From: Eledone cirrhosa
Lineage: Eukaryota
Direction: 5' to 3'
DNA length: 64,000 bases
NCBI GenBank assembly: GCA_964016885.1
Contig: OZ024745.1
Location: forward strand, 117,552,001 to 117,616,000
The stretch's first letter is position 1. Each line of letters opens with the position of its first letter. A program made the position numbers and the translations under genes. Positions 25,082 to 38,620 of this stretch are shown here, piece by piece. The notes beneath the pieces are model-generated. The model saw only the letters and a list, made by a program, of their open reading frames with translations, was not told the origin of the DNA and searched no databases.

Positions 25082-26260
25082 ATGTAAATACAGTATAAGA
25101 AAGTTTGCTTCTTTCAAGTTTCTGGTGATTTCTGCAGATCATTATACAGTTTGAGTTTTAATTCAACAAGATATTTAAAACCTCAACCATACAAATGACA
25201 GGATGTAAACTGACATCTCTTTAGCCAGCTTATCAACATTATGTGGGCTTGGTCAACTGAAACTCATTAACATTATTTTTTAGAAATTATTTTAGAAATT
25301 TTTACAAAATTATATTTTGTTTCTTTAAAATAATAAATGTTTGTCATATCTAATTTTGTTTTGTTTGTATGGGTTTTTTTCTAATCAATTTCTTATTCAT
25401 TAAAATTATATCATCATCACCATCACCTGTCTGAATTCCAATTAGAACATAGGCTCTTCACAGCAGTCGTTAAATGTGTTCTGTCTTTTGCTGTCCTTTC
25501 CATTTGGTTTCATGTCATTCTTATCATCATCAATTCCTCGTCTATTAATCCCTACCAAGTAGTCCTGCCTTCTTTTCCCCACCTGGGTTTTAATCCAACT
25601 TGGATTTAGCTCAGAGGTCTTTGTAGCTCACAATAAATATATGGCTAGCTATTTTCCCTGTATAAATCAGATTGTTTTGTGATGGTTAGATTGTGTTTAT
25701 TTTTTGAGAAATGATTTCTTAAATAATACTCAGCTAATTTTAAACTATGAATTAAAAAAGAAAATAATGGTTATATTGAATATATATTTGTTATATTAAA
25801 TATATTTGTCCTACCCATGTTAGCATGGAAGATGGACGTTAAACAATTAAGATGATGATGATAATTGAACATGAATTCTTTTTGTTAGCTCTTATTTTGC
25901 AATATTTCAATGATAAAATATGAGAATGGGATGCTTTTTATTAAGTAGACTCAGATAAAAGTCTTCTACTTATTAAAGCTGCAATTATTATTTGGAATAA
26001 GGAATTTGTACAGAGCTAAATACCATACAATATTTAGTTTTACACCACCACATAGCATTTTGTTAAGATTGATCTTATCGTTCTTCTTGCCAAAGTTGCT
26101 GAAATAATGCTGCTAATAAATGGAAGTCAAATTCCATTTCAATTCTCTGCCTCCTCTAATCTAATTATTACTACTTCTGCTTCTTTGTTTTGTTATCAAA
26201 ACTCATGTAGAGATTGTAGTTTGGTAATTTTATCTATCTTTAATCTTCACATCTAAATAG

Positions 26261-26344
26261 AGAAACAATTTATAGAGATCACTCTATAGACAAAACTTTG
26301 AATGAAACAAATGAAGAAAAAGAAGAAAATGATTTTCAAGTTGG
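26261..26344 (+). CDS. Internal coding exon ([K]ETIYRDHSIDKTLNETNEEKEENDFQV[G])
   Basis: Acceptor taatcttcacatctaaatAG and donor GTgagt. 84 nt, phase 2-2, open in the frame required by the previous exon. Confidence 0.7.
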
Positions 26345-27181
26345 GTGAGTTTTTAATTTTTGTATTTTATCTAAAGTGTCCTAATGAAAGTAAATTGGTT
26401 GTTATAGTTTTATTTGATTGACTTCAGCTAACAAAATAGTAAGTAGCCTTGCAGTCTATTCAAATGGTTCTCTTGAAATATTAGTTAGATAAATGTTATT
26501 GTTTGTATATAATAAATAATAAAATTGCTGCCTCTGTTTAAAAGAGAAGGGTCTCTCTGTATTGATGTGGCACTGCAAGAAGGATAGTTTTATATGTGTA
26601 GTGGATGCAGATAATTTGCAGTGATTGGTGAGTATTAAGTTGAATATCTTCCTTAAGATTTGTAAATTTAATTTACAAAAAAAAAAGTAAAGGAAACAGT
26701 CAGTGAATATAGGAAAGATAAGGACATTGACAATACATGCTAAGTGAATGAAGTGTGGATTCTACATATGGTAGAATGAAACCAAGGAAGACTTAAATAG
26801 AAGACTGACTGGGATAGCATAGGATGAAGTGATATGGAGAAGGGTTGTACTACAGACCCTTCATACCTATGCCAGCATAAAAAAAAATTATATCTCTATT
26901 TCAATAAATCTAATACATGATGTATTTCTTAAATTCAACATTTATGTATGTGTGTATATGGTTTAGTCGTAATTCAACATCTGATGCCATGTTTTACATG
27001 AATACATAAGATTAGACACAATTGAAAGGTTTTGGTCAAGCTGACATGATGCTAGAAGACACCCAAGGTGCTTCACAGTGGGAAATAACCTGGAATCACA
27101 TGTGAAGCAAACTTCTTAACTACACAGCCATGTCTCTGCTTTCCTCCATGTGTGATTATATATCATCATTATCACCATCAT

Positions 27182-27407
27182 GGGGGGCAGGTGATTGGTA
27201 GTATCAATAGAGTGTAAGGCAACATGCTTTGTAACATAGACTTACAGCCCTTTACGTTCTGAGTTCAAATCCCTCCAAGGTTAGTTTTGCCTTTCATCCT
27301 TATGAGGTTGATAAAATAAAGTACCAGTGATGCACTGGGGGTCAATTTAATTGACTTTCCCCTCCCCCTAAAGTGCTGGCCTTGTTCCTATAGTAGAAAT
27401 CATTATT
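27182..27407 (+). mobile_element. Octopus-type SINE, full length
   Basis: 14-bp TSD ATTATCACCATCAT (27168-27181, 27408-27421). Confidence 0.9.
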
Positions 27408-28040
27408 ATTATCACCATCATTATCATCATTTTACATCCACTTTTCTATACTAGAAGACATTTTCATACAGCCAGATGTCCTTTCTGATGCCAACCCATA
27501 CTTTAATTTATTTTAAGTATAGCTGTGAGATATATTGCTTATGAAGGGCTTAAGCAAATTTCACTAATATCTTTCAACATAAGGATGCAGACAGCTTCTT
27601 ACACTTATATAGACACACAATGAACTTCCTTACACATTTTATCTTCCGAATTCACTCACACGGTGTTGTTTGGCCCCAACATGTCACATAGTAGGATTGA
27701 ACCCAGCACTACATGGTTGTAAAGCAAACTTTTTAACTCTACGGCTACACCTATATATATATGTGTGTGTATGTGTGTCTGTGTGAGTGTGTGTGTCCAC
27801 ACTATAAAGTGGTCATGTTGGTGTCATGACAAAAAGCGCCCAGTGCCTGCTGTAAAGTGGTTGTTTTGGTGCCATGATAAAAAGCAATTAGTCCACACTG
27901 TTGGCATTAGGAAGGACATCCAGCAGTAGAAACCAAGCCAGAAACAGTTCTGTATGAGCAAGACACAGTCATGTGACCTGACTTGTCTAAACCCATGCTA
28001 GCATGGAAAAATGAATATTAAACTGTGATGATGTATATGT

Positions 28041-28284
28041 TTGAAATGTGGGAATTTAAACAGAAAATAACTGTAACAACAATAAATAATAGTAACTTTT
28101 TAAAATCAGTTAAAATACTCTTAGGGACAGAAGTGGCCAGCAGCCACTATAGAGGATTTAACTCTGTAATGGCTGCTATCCACTATCTCCCTAACAGTAT
28201 TTTACCTGATTTTTTAAAAGTTATTATTTATAACAGTCAAATGTTGTTAGAGTTATTTTCTGTATTTGGATTCCTACAGTTCAA
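28041..28284. repeat. Long fold-back element, ~115-120-bp imperfect arms, ~7-nt loop
   Basis: 28041-28154 aligns with the reverse complement of 28162-28284, e.g. ACAGAAAATAACT..AAAATCAG.TAAAATACT.TTAGGGA..GCAGCCA..AGAG. Confidence 0.85.
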
Positions 28285-30408
28285 GTTTTAAATCATTCAA
28301 GTATCTCAATAAATCATATGATTGCTGTTACTGGCCACCTCCCATACCATGCTGCTCTCAACGAGCTTATAAAGCATGGCCTGGATGGCACAGGATTCCC
28401 TTCCCAGCTCAAGCCAGCATAGCTGGACTGAAGGGATGGCAAAAGGCCAGATGGCATGACTATCTTACTGTTCCACTGTGGTAGACCCCTCATCTGGGAT
28501 GCTGTGACACCTTCTCTAGTGGTATTGGGGGTGGAGGATACTTGTTTGGACATCACACATTTCCTCTTCTCACCACACTTTCACTCTGTGTATTATAATG
28601 ACACCTAAGTTCTTTTTGTATGATGTTTACAAAAATGTTTGTGTTTATAATATAATTTACTGACTTGGAAGAATGTAGTACTGAATGTTTCTAACATTCA
28701 GTAAAATATTCATATAAATTACAGCGAGCACTATCTTCTGTTGAATATAGATTTTATACTGATGTTTATATATAGAGAGAATTTTTATCTTGTTTTATTT
28801 TTAGGTATACTCTACAAAAGTTTGATGTCATAAAATGGTTGGTTTACCTACAACCTTACTTTGATTTTATTATATGTCAGTATAATGCTTCTCTGGTAAA
28901 TGGAACCTGTGTATTCTGCATGTGTGATAGACATTACCTTTCTGTACCTGTTGCTTTCCTGCTTTTTTAGGTTTTTATTTTATAGTATTCATTATTCAAC
29001 TTGGTTGATAATAGATTGTGTATCTAAAATATGGCTGCAATATATACTTCAAAATTATTTGTTCATAAATATTATTGAAAGGTTCCCAAAAAGATATTTG
29101 AATTTAATTTTTCAACTCTTCTAAGTATAAGTTTCACTTGAAATAAGTATTTAATTTTAAGTAATATTTATTCAGACATATATAGAATGTAGAAAGAGCT
29201 TTTACTTAGAGATGGCCTTACACATATTATTATAAAATATAGTACATAACGACATCAAGTTTTTTTTTTTTTCTTTTTAATTTTAATATTGTCTTAAATT
29301 TAGAAGTATAGATATGGCTGTGTGGTTAAGAGGTTAACTTCTGAACCACATAGTTTGGGGTTCAGTCCCGTAGCACCCTTGGCAAGTGTGAAGCGCATTC
29401 TACTGTAGCCCTAGAATGAGCTTTGTGAGTGAATTTTGTAGAGGGAAACTATAGGAAGCATTATGCGTGGATGTATGTATAAAAAAAGAATAAAAATCCC
29501 ATAACTCCTTGTAGAGTCATAGAGGAACCATCATACAGCGTGTCTAGGGCACTTTTAAACCTGGCGGAGCCCAACTCTCTCCAGGTCTGAACACAGCCAA
29601 TGTTTTCTATAGAGGAAGAATCGACCCCAGTATTGGACTGGTGCTTTTTTTATCAACCTCGAAAGGATGAAAGGCAGAATTGACCACAGCGGGATTTGAA
29701 CTCAGAACGCGCAATGAGATGGAACGAATACCGTAAATCATTTTATCTGACGTCTTAATGACTCTGTTAATTCACCGCCTTATGTATATATATTTATATA
29801 TATATGTATGTGTGTGTATCATCATCATCATCGTCATCATCACGATCGTCATCATCACCATTTAACATCTGTTGTCCATGGATTAGATAGCTGTTATGTG
29901 CCTAGGTCCTGCTCATACACTTTGGTTTGGTTTCTACAGCTGGATGCCTTTCCTATATATATATATTTATATGTGTGTGCCAATCACTGCAGAATGTTAT
30001 ATTGACATCATTTATAAATGCCTGTAGTAACATGTTTTATGTTGCTCCGAAACAATGTGTGAACATTAGCAATATATACACCATACTTACAATAAAGTAT
30101 GGGTTGGCATCAGGAATACCATCTGGTCATAGAAAACTTGTCTCAAATAGTCTCCTGCCAACACATACAGGCATGAAAAAAGCAGATGTAAATATGATGA
30201 TGATATTGGAGAGGATTTTATAGTAAGAATCTAATGTTGACTTTGGATGTTAAAATTTGTTATTCAGAAAATTATGAACACTGAATAACTTATTTTGCTA
30301 TATGCTGACTGGAGCTAATGAAATAAACCAGGGTTGATTAGTGAGTGGAGATGATGTGCTGACACCCTAGATGTCCTTAAATAATAGCTCAAAATATTTT
30401 AAAATTAG

Positions 30409-30468
30409 ACAGTGGGATATGTTATGCAAAATTGACACAGTCATTAGTGAAATCCACAGCTACTCTAG
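30409..30468 (+). CDS. Possible 60-nt exon (QWDMLCKIDTVISEIHSYS[R])
   Basis: Strong AG/GTGAGT donor but weak acceptor. Open in phase 2-2, compatible with its neighbours. Confidence 0.3.
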
Positions 30469-31632
30469 GTGAGTAAGTACACTGTGATATGATAGTTGCT
30501 TCATCCTGACAATAACAATAAACCTGGTCACATCAGTTGATCAATCAATCAATGGTTATTGGGCTACAATAATATGCTACAAATCATTGATATATTCATG
30601 CCAGTTGTATTCCTCATTCTGAATTGTGTGTTATACAATAACACACATGCATATATAGAGGAAGGTATGAGCTCAGCTGGTCTTGCTTGGAGATCCAGCC
30701 AGATCAGTTGGAAATGGTTGCTTCTAAGATGACCTACTGGAAAGAGTGTTTGAGGACTCTTCCCCCATGACCCTCTCAGGAATAAATGGGTGTAGAAGGA
30801 GGAGAAGAAGAACAACAACTCTCTGAAAAAGACAGTTAACATATCAGCTTTAACAACAGAGATTGGGTGGTCTACCACAGAAAAATGGTGGATATTATGT
30901 GACGGGAATCCTGAACATGAATGTAGTAACCAGCATAAATTGAATGATGTATCTTGGAGAGAACTTAAAAACAATGACTTTATTCAAATACACATAAAAC
31001 ATTTTCTGCACAAACAAATTGTAGCAGCAGAGGCTCACTGGATTAATCGTGTAGGTGTCACGACAAAAAAACACACAGTCCACGCTGTAAATGTGGCCGT
31101 GTAGGCAACACGGTAAAAACCTCCCAGTTCCACACTGTAAATGTGGTTGGTGTTAGGAAGGGCATCCAGCCGTAGAAAACCCGCCAGACAGTCCTATGCG
31201 AGCAAGACAACCAATCTTGCCTCAAGTGGGAAAACTCCCGTCCAAACCCATGCAAGCGTGGAATATGGACGTTAAACGATGATGATGATGATGATGATGA
31301 TTGTCTAATTGACATTATATTCCAGAGTCAAAAGGGGATTAGTGTTCTGTAGTATCTTTCATTTGATTGGCGATGTTTACAATCATAACTTCCTTAGACT
31401 GATTGAACATTTATCCCATTGGGAAACCCATGTCAGGAAGTGTGAGTTGCTGTTGTTGATATTGAAGTGGGTTCATTGAAAATCTGCAGAAACTGCTCCA
31501 TCAGTTTCACACACTGCTCACAGAATTAAATCATGTAACTGACAGCCTGCAAGCAAATACGAGAAAGGGAAAGAATATTTTCTTTGATGAAAACAAAAGG
31601 ATTCTGATACATATGCATATTCATTATTTCAG

Positions 31633-31815
31633 GTGGATTTGCAGTATCAGTAGAGGGTCTGACGCCATTCTTTGATGCATAGAGTTACAGTCCTTGCCAT
31701 TCTGAGTTCAAATCCTGCCAAGGTTAACTTTGCCTTTCATCCTTACGGGGTCGATAAAATAAAGTACCAGTAATGCACTGGGATAATTGCTGGCCTTGTG
31801 CCAAAAGTAGAAACA
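31633..31815 (+). mobile_element. Octopus-type SINE
   Basis: 10-bp TSD ATTATTTCAG (31623-31632, 31816-31825). Confidence 0.88.
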
Positions 31816-33387
31816 ATTATTTCAGATTTCTGTTTTTTTATTTTTATATCATTATCAATTCTGCTATTGGTTATTTAACTAGATTTGAAGCTACAAAGCA
31901 ATTTTTCATATAATTTTTCATTTATCTGGCAACACATGTCTGTATAAGAAAATCTTTTGACTCCAAAATGCTTGTCATTTACAGAAATTTACTATGTCAA
32001 TACAAATGGCTAAGAACTTTTACATGAATTGTGTATGATACACCATTGCAATTTTGGGGGAATAACACAACAAAATATACATTTACAAGTTGTAAAGCAT
32101 CAGACCAAATCTGTGTACATCATTCTGGCTTTTTCTCCTGACATTTGCAACAGCAGCCTCAGTAGAACATTCATTCAGTAAATGTAAAGTGGTATAGGAC
32201 TATCACAGAACATATCACAAAATCATTGGTTGACCTTAACTCAACTCAACATCAAATTGAAACTTAGTTGAAATATTCATTTCAGCAAGAAAGCAAAGCT
32301 CTTCTGAAAAAGTGAAAGCCCAGTTAGTGATTCTATTATCTTTCGTAATAAATGAATAATTAAAATGACACCATTTTTTGTTTTCATAATTGATGAGGAG
32401 AGGCCTAAAACAGTCTAAAATAAATAATAGATGTGTATGGAGTTTCATATTGAATCTCACTGCCTTATTTCAATTCTCAGTTTAACTTAATGTTTTGAGG
32501 GACTTCATGTTGATTTACCTTTTTGGTGATAGCTACCTTCCCTTGCCCAACAGCTTACAGAATGATTTAAGCCCATCATTGCAAGTTTAACACTTGTTAG
32601 CTTTTAGACTGTCTTCTATTTCCTACTATATGAACCAATGAGAGAATATATATGTACTTTCTTTACTTGTAGCCAACTTCCCTTAAATCTCACTGTATTG
32701 TCTTTAAAATATTCTGGAGTAACATGGTTCTATATTCGATCTTGGGCAAGTGTCTTCTACTATAGCCTAAGTGAAATTTTGTAGAGAAACTGTATGAAAT
32801 ACTATTGGAGAAATAGATTATATCTGTTAAATCCTCTTTTACTCACTCATCTTAAGAGTACTGCCCTCCTTACTCTGATTTATAATTTAATAAAAGGAAG
32901 AATCCATTGAGTTATATAGTCAGATATAGAAAGATTGGATGGTCACAAGTGGAATACCTCTGGTCAGAAGTCTGCTAAAATAGAGCTTATGTTGGGTTTA
33001 ACAAAAGTGAAACAATAAAAGGAATTAGAGAAGTTTGGTAATGTGATAATGAACTACTAAACAATTATAAATGAAATGTATCTTTAAAGCCGTGGGGTCT
33101 TCTGCCTTTCTCCCACAAATCTTGGATGCCAAGCCATGGGTGTTGTCCTTGGACTGACTCACTTATAATGAAAATAGAAATACATATTAAATTATATAGT
33201 CCTATGTAGAGCAGGAGCCAGATGGCCACAGATGGAATACACCTTCAATTATAGGTCAGCTACATCAGTGCTGATATCAAACTAAATAAGAACTAATAAT
33301 AAAAAATTAAATATTAACCCATTCATTTCCATATTTCTAATGAAACACACTGCCGATAATTTTTAAATTTGGAGGTTTTTAGTTATA

Positions 33388-33744
33388 CAGGTTCACAATC
33401 TCTTATCCAAAAACCTTGGGACCAGACACATTTCAGCTTTTGGAATGGAAGATTTTTAGCATAGATTTTAAAGTTTTTATAGATAAAACATTACAGAGGG
33501 CAGGGTGGCTCAGTGGTTGAGTGCTCAGCAAAAAATAAACAAAATTTCCGTGAGAAGCAGAGGCGACATGTGTCTGAGTGGTAGGAGCACTGAGACACAA
33601 CTGCATGACCTGAGTTGACTGGGTCGTTTTGGATCAAGTTTGATGCCAAATGCAAGCTTTAGTGTGCAGACGACATCCTGGAAAAATGTTCAGTTTTCGG
33701 AGCTTTTCCGTTTTCTGGATTTCGAATAAAAGATTGTGAACCTG
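33388..33744. mobile_element. Tc1/mariner (pogo/Tigger-like) MITE inserted in a piggyBac-type MITE B (33314-33877)
   Basis: TA-CAGGTTCACAATCT...AGATTGTGAACCTG-TA. Confidence 0.85.
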
Positions 33745-33964
33745 TATAACTAACTTTGTCATTATTAAGTTAGTGTTTAGAACATAACTTAACAAAGGTT
33801 CTTATATAAAATAATAATGGAAGGTTTTTAGATAAAACCAGGGGTGATTTCAAACAGTTTAGAATTGAAAGGGATAAAAAGAATTACAATGATTTCATAA
33901 TGATGATCTACTAGACAATTATAAACATAGCTTGGTAAGAAATTACATTTGTTTTCTATAAAAA

Positions 33965-34287
33965 TACTCTCGGGTCCCAAATAATAGTGTGTGTGTGGGG
34001 CGGGGGGTCAGTAATTTTTCTAGTTTGTCTTGAATTTTTTTAAAAACCAGAATAATCATTTAGTTTACATATGGAGACCGCCACCCAATTCTATTTATTT
34101 TATAATGTGCAGGATTTCTTGTATTGTTCTTTTTTTGTCATGTACAATGTTTTTTAATATCTAAAGAAAATTAATTATTGCAGGAATGTTACCACTTAAA
34201 ATAAAATTTTGCCAGAGATAGATTAGCAAAATTTGATGTGGGTGGGGTCTGAAAAGTTAATAAGCGGGAGTGGGGTACCCGAGAGTA
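33965..34287. mobile_element. TA-flanked MITE (same family as 12305-12614)
   Basis: TACTCTCGGGTCCC...GGTACCCGAGAGTA. Confidence 0.8.
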
Positions 34288-34535
34288 CTTTTGGTGTGTT
34301 TTTTCATCATTATAGTAGAATCAGTCACCTCTTTGTTTTCTTTGTTCATAACCAATCATTTTTATAGATAAATTTTAGTTATTTCACCCAGTCCTTTTCT
34401 AATGGTGTCTCTTAATCAGATCAATTCTAAGAATTTTCTTCCAAGCTTTATAAATGATTATCTACTGCTATATTTATGTACTTTTTCTTAGTGTATAAAA
34501 TATTGGTGTGGCATTTTATTTCATAGCAAACATTT

Positions 34536-34568
<33 letters not shown>

Positions 34569-35075
34569 AAAAAGATTTATTTTTCATTTTCATTTTCATT
34601 TCTGTTTTAATAAATACACTGGCTTAAGTTTTGAGCTTACAGTTTATTTCTTTTTGATATAACTACTTTTAATTTACAAAGTGAGTAATTTTAAAACATC
34701 TATAGGACAAATCATTTCAAAATTTCAAATTTAATAAAATGATATAAATTTTCTTAAACTTTATAATAAAAAAAAAAACAGAAAATTTATATTTTACTAG
34801 CATATAATAAAATTTTGATTAATACTTAAAATTATTAATCTTATTGTCTGAGAAATGCACAGGTCAACCAGAGTGTTAAAAATAGCCACTGTTAGAACCT
34901 AAAGTCAGCTCTACTAATTTAAAATTTAACAACTTTCATTAGGAGCAGTAATTGAAGAGTAAGAAATTGTCAAGACAAAATATATCCAAATACTATGTGT
35001 ATATATATATACACCTATATAGGTGGAATGACATATTTTACTTATCAATATTCAATAATAATAATGATGATGGTT

Positions 35076-36560
35076 TCATTTATTGGCCACAAGGGCTGAC
35101 ATGTAGGGGACAATACAAAGACAGGGACAGTGGGGGCTTACAATAAGATTGAATAAAAATGTACAATAACAAAACCCATTTAACAATGAAAAAATATAAA
35201 ACAGACTCTGTATAAAAATAACTAAATAAAAATTCCCCAATAGGGGGATGAACCACCCAAGGGCAACTAAGGTACCCCACCATCCTGAACCACCCGACGC
35301 TTCTAGGTCACTCGGGGAGGGCACCCCTCTCCACAAATTAACCTGCCTACAGGCGCATGGCCATTCTTGCCACATTCATTCACCTTTTAGCAAACGTACT
35401 GGGGGGGGCAGCACTTCTCTCTCCACCCTCACCTTCCTTTCCAAGTGAAACTTGAAGAAGTTGATGAGGGATTGACTGAAGAGAAAAGTATCCGTCTTCA
35501 TTCCTTTCAACCTGGTCCACCATACAACCTCTTTTGCAACTGCTACCAGACAGAGGAAAATTGCCTGCCCTTCCTGACCAAAAGAGAGCAGCAGGTCGAT
35601 CTTCATTATGGACTCGGCCGATAGTTTCTCCAAGTGTGTCGTCGCACTTCCCCACCACTAATCCTCTATAGAACTAGAGAGTGGAGGTTCCACTGATCAC
35701 ATTGCCCACCTGGTAGAGGGCAGTGAGTGCCTGGCAACATTCCAGATGCCAGGCACCCAGTCTCAGTCTTTTCTTGACCCAGGACTGCAGCTCAGTCAAA
35801 GAGACGAGCTGCAGAAAGGCCCGTCTGACAAACGGCGACCACACCTGTTAACCTTTTAGGCAGAATGTCTGAAGATGCCGCAGCCTCAGCGCATGTCTGT
35901 GTATCATTAGCCATGGCATGCCCAGCCCTTCACGTAGAGGGTGCTGGCAGCAGATGGATCGCCTCACTAACGGAACCTGTCCTCTCCACAAGAAGTTAAA
36001 GAGGAGCCATTCCAACTTGGCAAGGCACAATGGTCAGGCTGATGATGGACACAATGTACGCATTCACCACCTCTGCCCGACCTTTCAGTGACAGCTTCCT
36101 CGCAACCCATTTCTGGGTGAGACTGACTACCCTGATCGTCACTTCGTCCCAAGTCTTATCCACCCAGAGGTCTGGGCCAAACCAAACCCTGGGCAACTTT
36201 ACCAGTCCGTAAGTCCAGCGCCTAACGACGCTGTTGGACATAGACTTGCCTCTCCAGGTGCCGAGTTGCAAGCCCACCGACTTTTCCGGGCTAAGTTTCT
36301 CTCCCATCAACCTTTCATATTCCTTCAATAATGTGCCAACCACCTTAATTTCCGGGGTGCTTGACACCTGTGCATTGCTGTGATCCAGCTTCTGAAGACG
36401 GGGCTGAAGCCAGCTGCCTTGAGAGCTTCCAGCTACTGATGGTCGATCCTATCGAATGCTTTCGATTGACCTAAATTGATCAGAGCCCCACTGAAGCCAG
36501 GTTTACACTCTACCCTCTCTATGATGTATTGCATGAGGTGGAGGTTGTCGTGTATGGACA
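35076..36560 (-). mobile_element. Tx1/L1-clade LINE, 5'-truncated, internally deleted ORF2 plus 3' UTR
   Basis: EKSVGLQLG..WVARKLSLKGRAEVVN; LLFNFLWRG..RRSICCQHPLREGLGMP; AKEVVWWTRLKG. Multiple frameshifts. Confidence 0.85.
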
Positions 36561-36654
36561 ATAATTGTTTCTACTTTTGGCACAAGGCCAGCAATTATCT
36601 CAGTACATTACTGGTACTTTATTTTATTGACCCCGTAAGGATGAAAGGCAAAGT
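36561..36654 (-). mobile_element. 5'-truncated SINE 3' half abutting the Tx1 LINE
   Basis: Reverse complement of ACTTTGCCTTTCATCCTTACGGGG..GGCCTTGTGCCAAAAGTAGAAACAATTAT. Confidence 0.8.
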
Positions 36655-37088
36655 GTGACTGGTGTGTGTTTTCTTGACTATTACCTTATTTTTTGTGTCT
36701 TTTTAATTATTCTGTAATTATTTATCCAGTAGTTTAACTTATATAATTATTATACCATCTTTGAAAACGTCTGTTTTCTGACTATCTTCAAATATCATAT
36801 TTACATACATACACACATATTTTAAATATAGAATTGGACTAAGAACCTGTAGTTTTTATATAAATTGTTGTTGTAAGAAGTGAATGGACCTACTTTTGTA
36901 TCTCCACTAGTGTCCAGACTGAATCTCTCTGCATGATGCTCACCTGTTTTGCATCTGGCCAAAGAACATAGTAAAACTCACACATTCATTTACACCAGTC
37001 ATCACAAAATGTTCCCACTTTGCTGCAGCACATGGTCCAAGGGAGGGACCCGGCCCATACTTCCAATGTGATGTCACTGGCCCCTCAC

Positions 37089-37089
<1 letters not shown>

Positions 37090-37128
<39 letters not shown>

Positions 37129-38620
37129 AATTATTGTGTAAAGTGCTCAGGTGCACTACAACTCGTCAAAGGTGCATGTATAGTACATAGAATAATATAC
37201 AAATGTCAGGGAAGTGAATAGTGTATGAGTCATGATATACATGTGTGTATGTGTATGGAGAGGGAACATTAGGTGTAGTGTTGGCGAATCTCGGGAAGCA
37301 TGGAGGCCTTAAAGGATGCAGTGTTTCGACAACTAACAACTGGTGCAGGTAGTTTGTTCCATGCTTCAGTAACTCTGAGCATGAGAAAATGTTTCTGAAA
37401 GTCATGGGAGCTGTGCTGTTTTCTGACTTTGTGGGCATGCCCACGTCTGTTAGACACATGGAAATCAAAAAGGTACTCAGCGTTATTGTTGGCATGATGG
37501 TTAACAATTTTGTGGGTGTTTACCAAGTCAGTTGCCAGGCGTCGGAGCTTCAATGTATCCATGCCCAGGGAAGCAAGGCGCTTAGAGTATGGTAGATGCG
37601 TGATGGAGGGTATTCGCTTGGTTGCACGTCTCTGAACAGTTTCCAAGCGGTCAATGTTCTGAGCAAGATAGGGGTTCCAGACTGGTGATGCAAATTCTAA
37701 GTGTGGCCGCACCATAGCCTTAAATAGATAGCTGGAGAGCGGCTGACAAAGGTCTTGCTGAGTGATGCTCATGGGTGGATGTTGTTTACCTTGACTTTGC
37801 GAAAGCTGTCAATTCTGTGCCACACAAAAGGCTTATGGCAAAACTCTCTGCAATGGGTGTGAAAGATGATCTTTTTAACTGGTTGAAGTCCTTCATTCTC
37901 AGTCGAAGAGAGGTAGTCATGGTTCTGGGACAGCATTCCTCTCTTATGGTGAGGAATGCTGTCCCAGAACCGTGACTACCTCTCTTCGACTGAGAATGAA
38001 GGACTTCAACCAGTTAAAAAGATCATCTTTCACACCCATTGCAGAGAGTTTTGCCATAAGCCTTTTGTGTGGCACAGAATTGAAAGCTTTCGCAAAGTCA
38101 AGGTAAACAACATCCACCCATGAGCCGCCATCAGTGATCCAGGTGATGTCTTCAAGAAACTCGATAAGTTGATCACAGCAGCTGGAGTTAGGGATAGATC
38201 CAAATTGCGAGGGCCGGATAAGACTGTAAGAGTTCCAGAAGTTCCAAAGTGTTTCTCTGACACAGGATTTCATCAGTTTGGCAATGCAACTAGTAAGACT
38301 GACTGGACGATAGTTCACAGGTGATGTGCAGTCACCCTTTTTGAACAGAGGAATGACACTGGCAGTTTTCCACTGTTCTGGAGTAGCACCATTGTTCAGA
38401 CAGAATTGGAAAAAGCATGATAACTGGTGCAGAAGGAAGTACCCACCACGTTTAAGAAGTAGGTACATAACACCATCAAGACCAGGAGAGGCATGGTAGC
38501 GTTTATTTTTTAAGTGACGTCGCAGCATTGCAGGTGTAAATTCCATGGTTGTAATAGAATCCGATCTCATAGGTGGTGGAGACGGTACATTCTGGTCTTC
38601 AATAGTGAAAATGCCAGCAA
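37090..38620 (-). mobile_element. CR1/L2-type LINE, 5'-truncated, RT core replaced by a fold-back inversion
   Basis: SPGLDG..WKTASVIPLFKKGD..NYRPVSLTS..VDVVYLDFAKAFNSVPH and VRPHLEFASPVWNPY..LETVQRRATK. (TTA)n 3' tail at 37090-37125. Confidence 0.92.
37767..38125. repeat. 175-bp-arm inverted repeat with 9-nt loop
   Basis: 37767-37941 is the reverse complement of 37951-38125, with 2 mismatches seen. Confidence 0.95.

Noticed and set aside
28805-28837. Possible 33-nt exon (YTLQKFDVIK) after a good acceptor
   Set aside because: The GTTGGT donor is weak, and its TG end would form TGA with the next candidate exons, which start with A. Cannot be supported without RNA data.
37775-37975. Independent + strand RT gene (MDVVYLDFAKAVNSVPHK...)
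   Set aside because: It is just the inverted duplicate arm of the minus-strand LINE.
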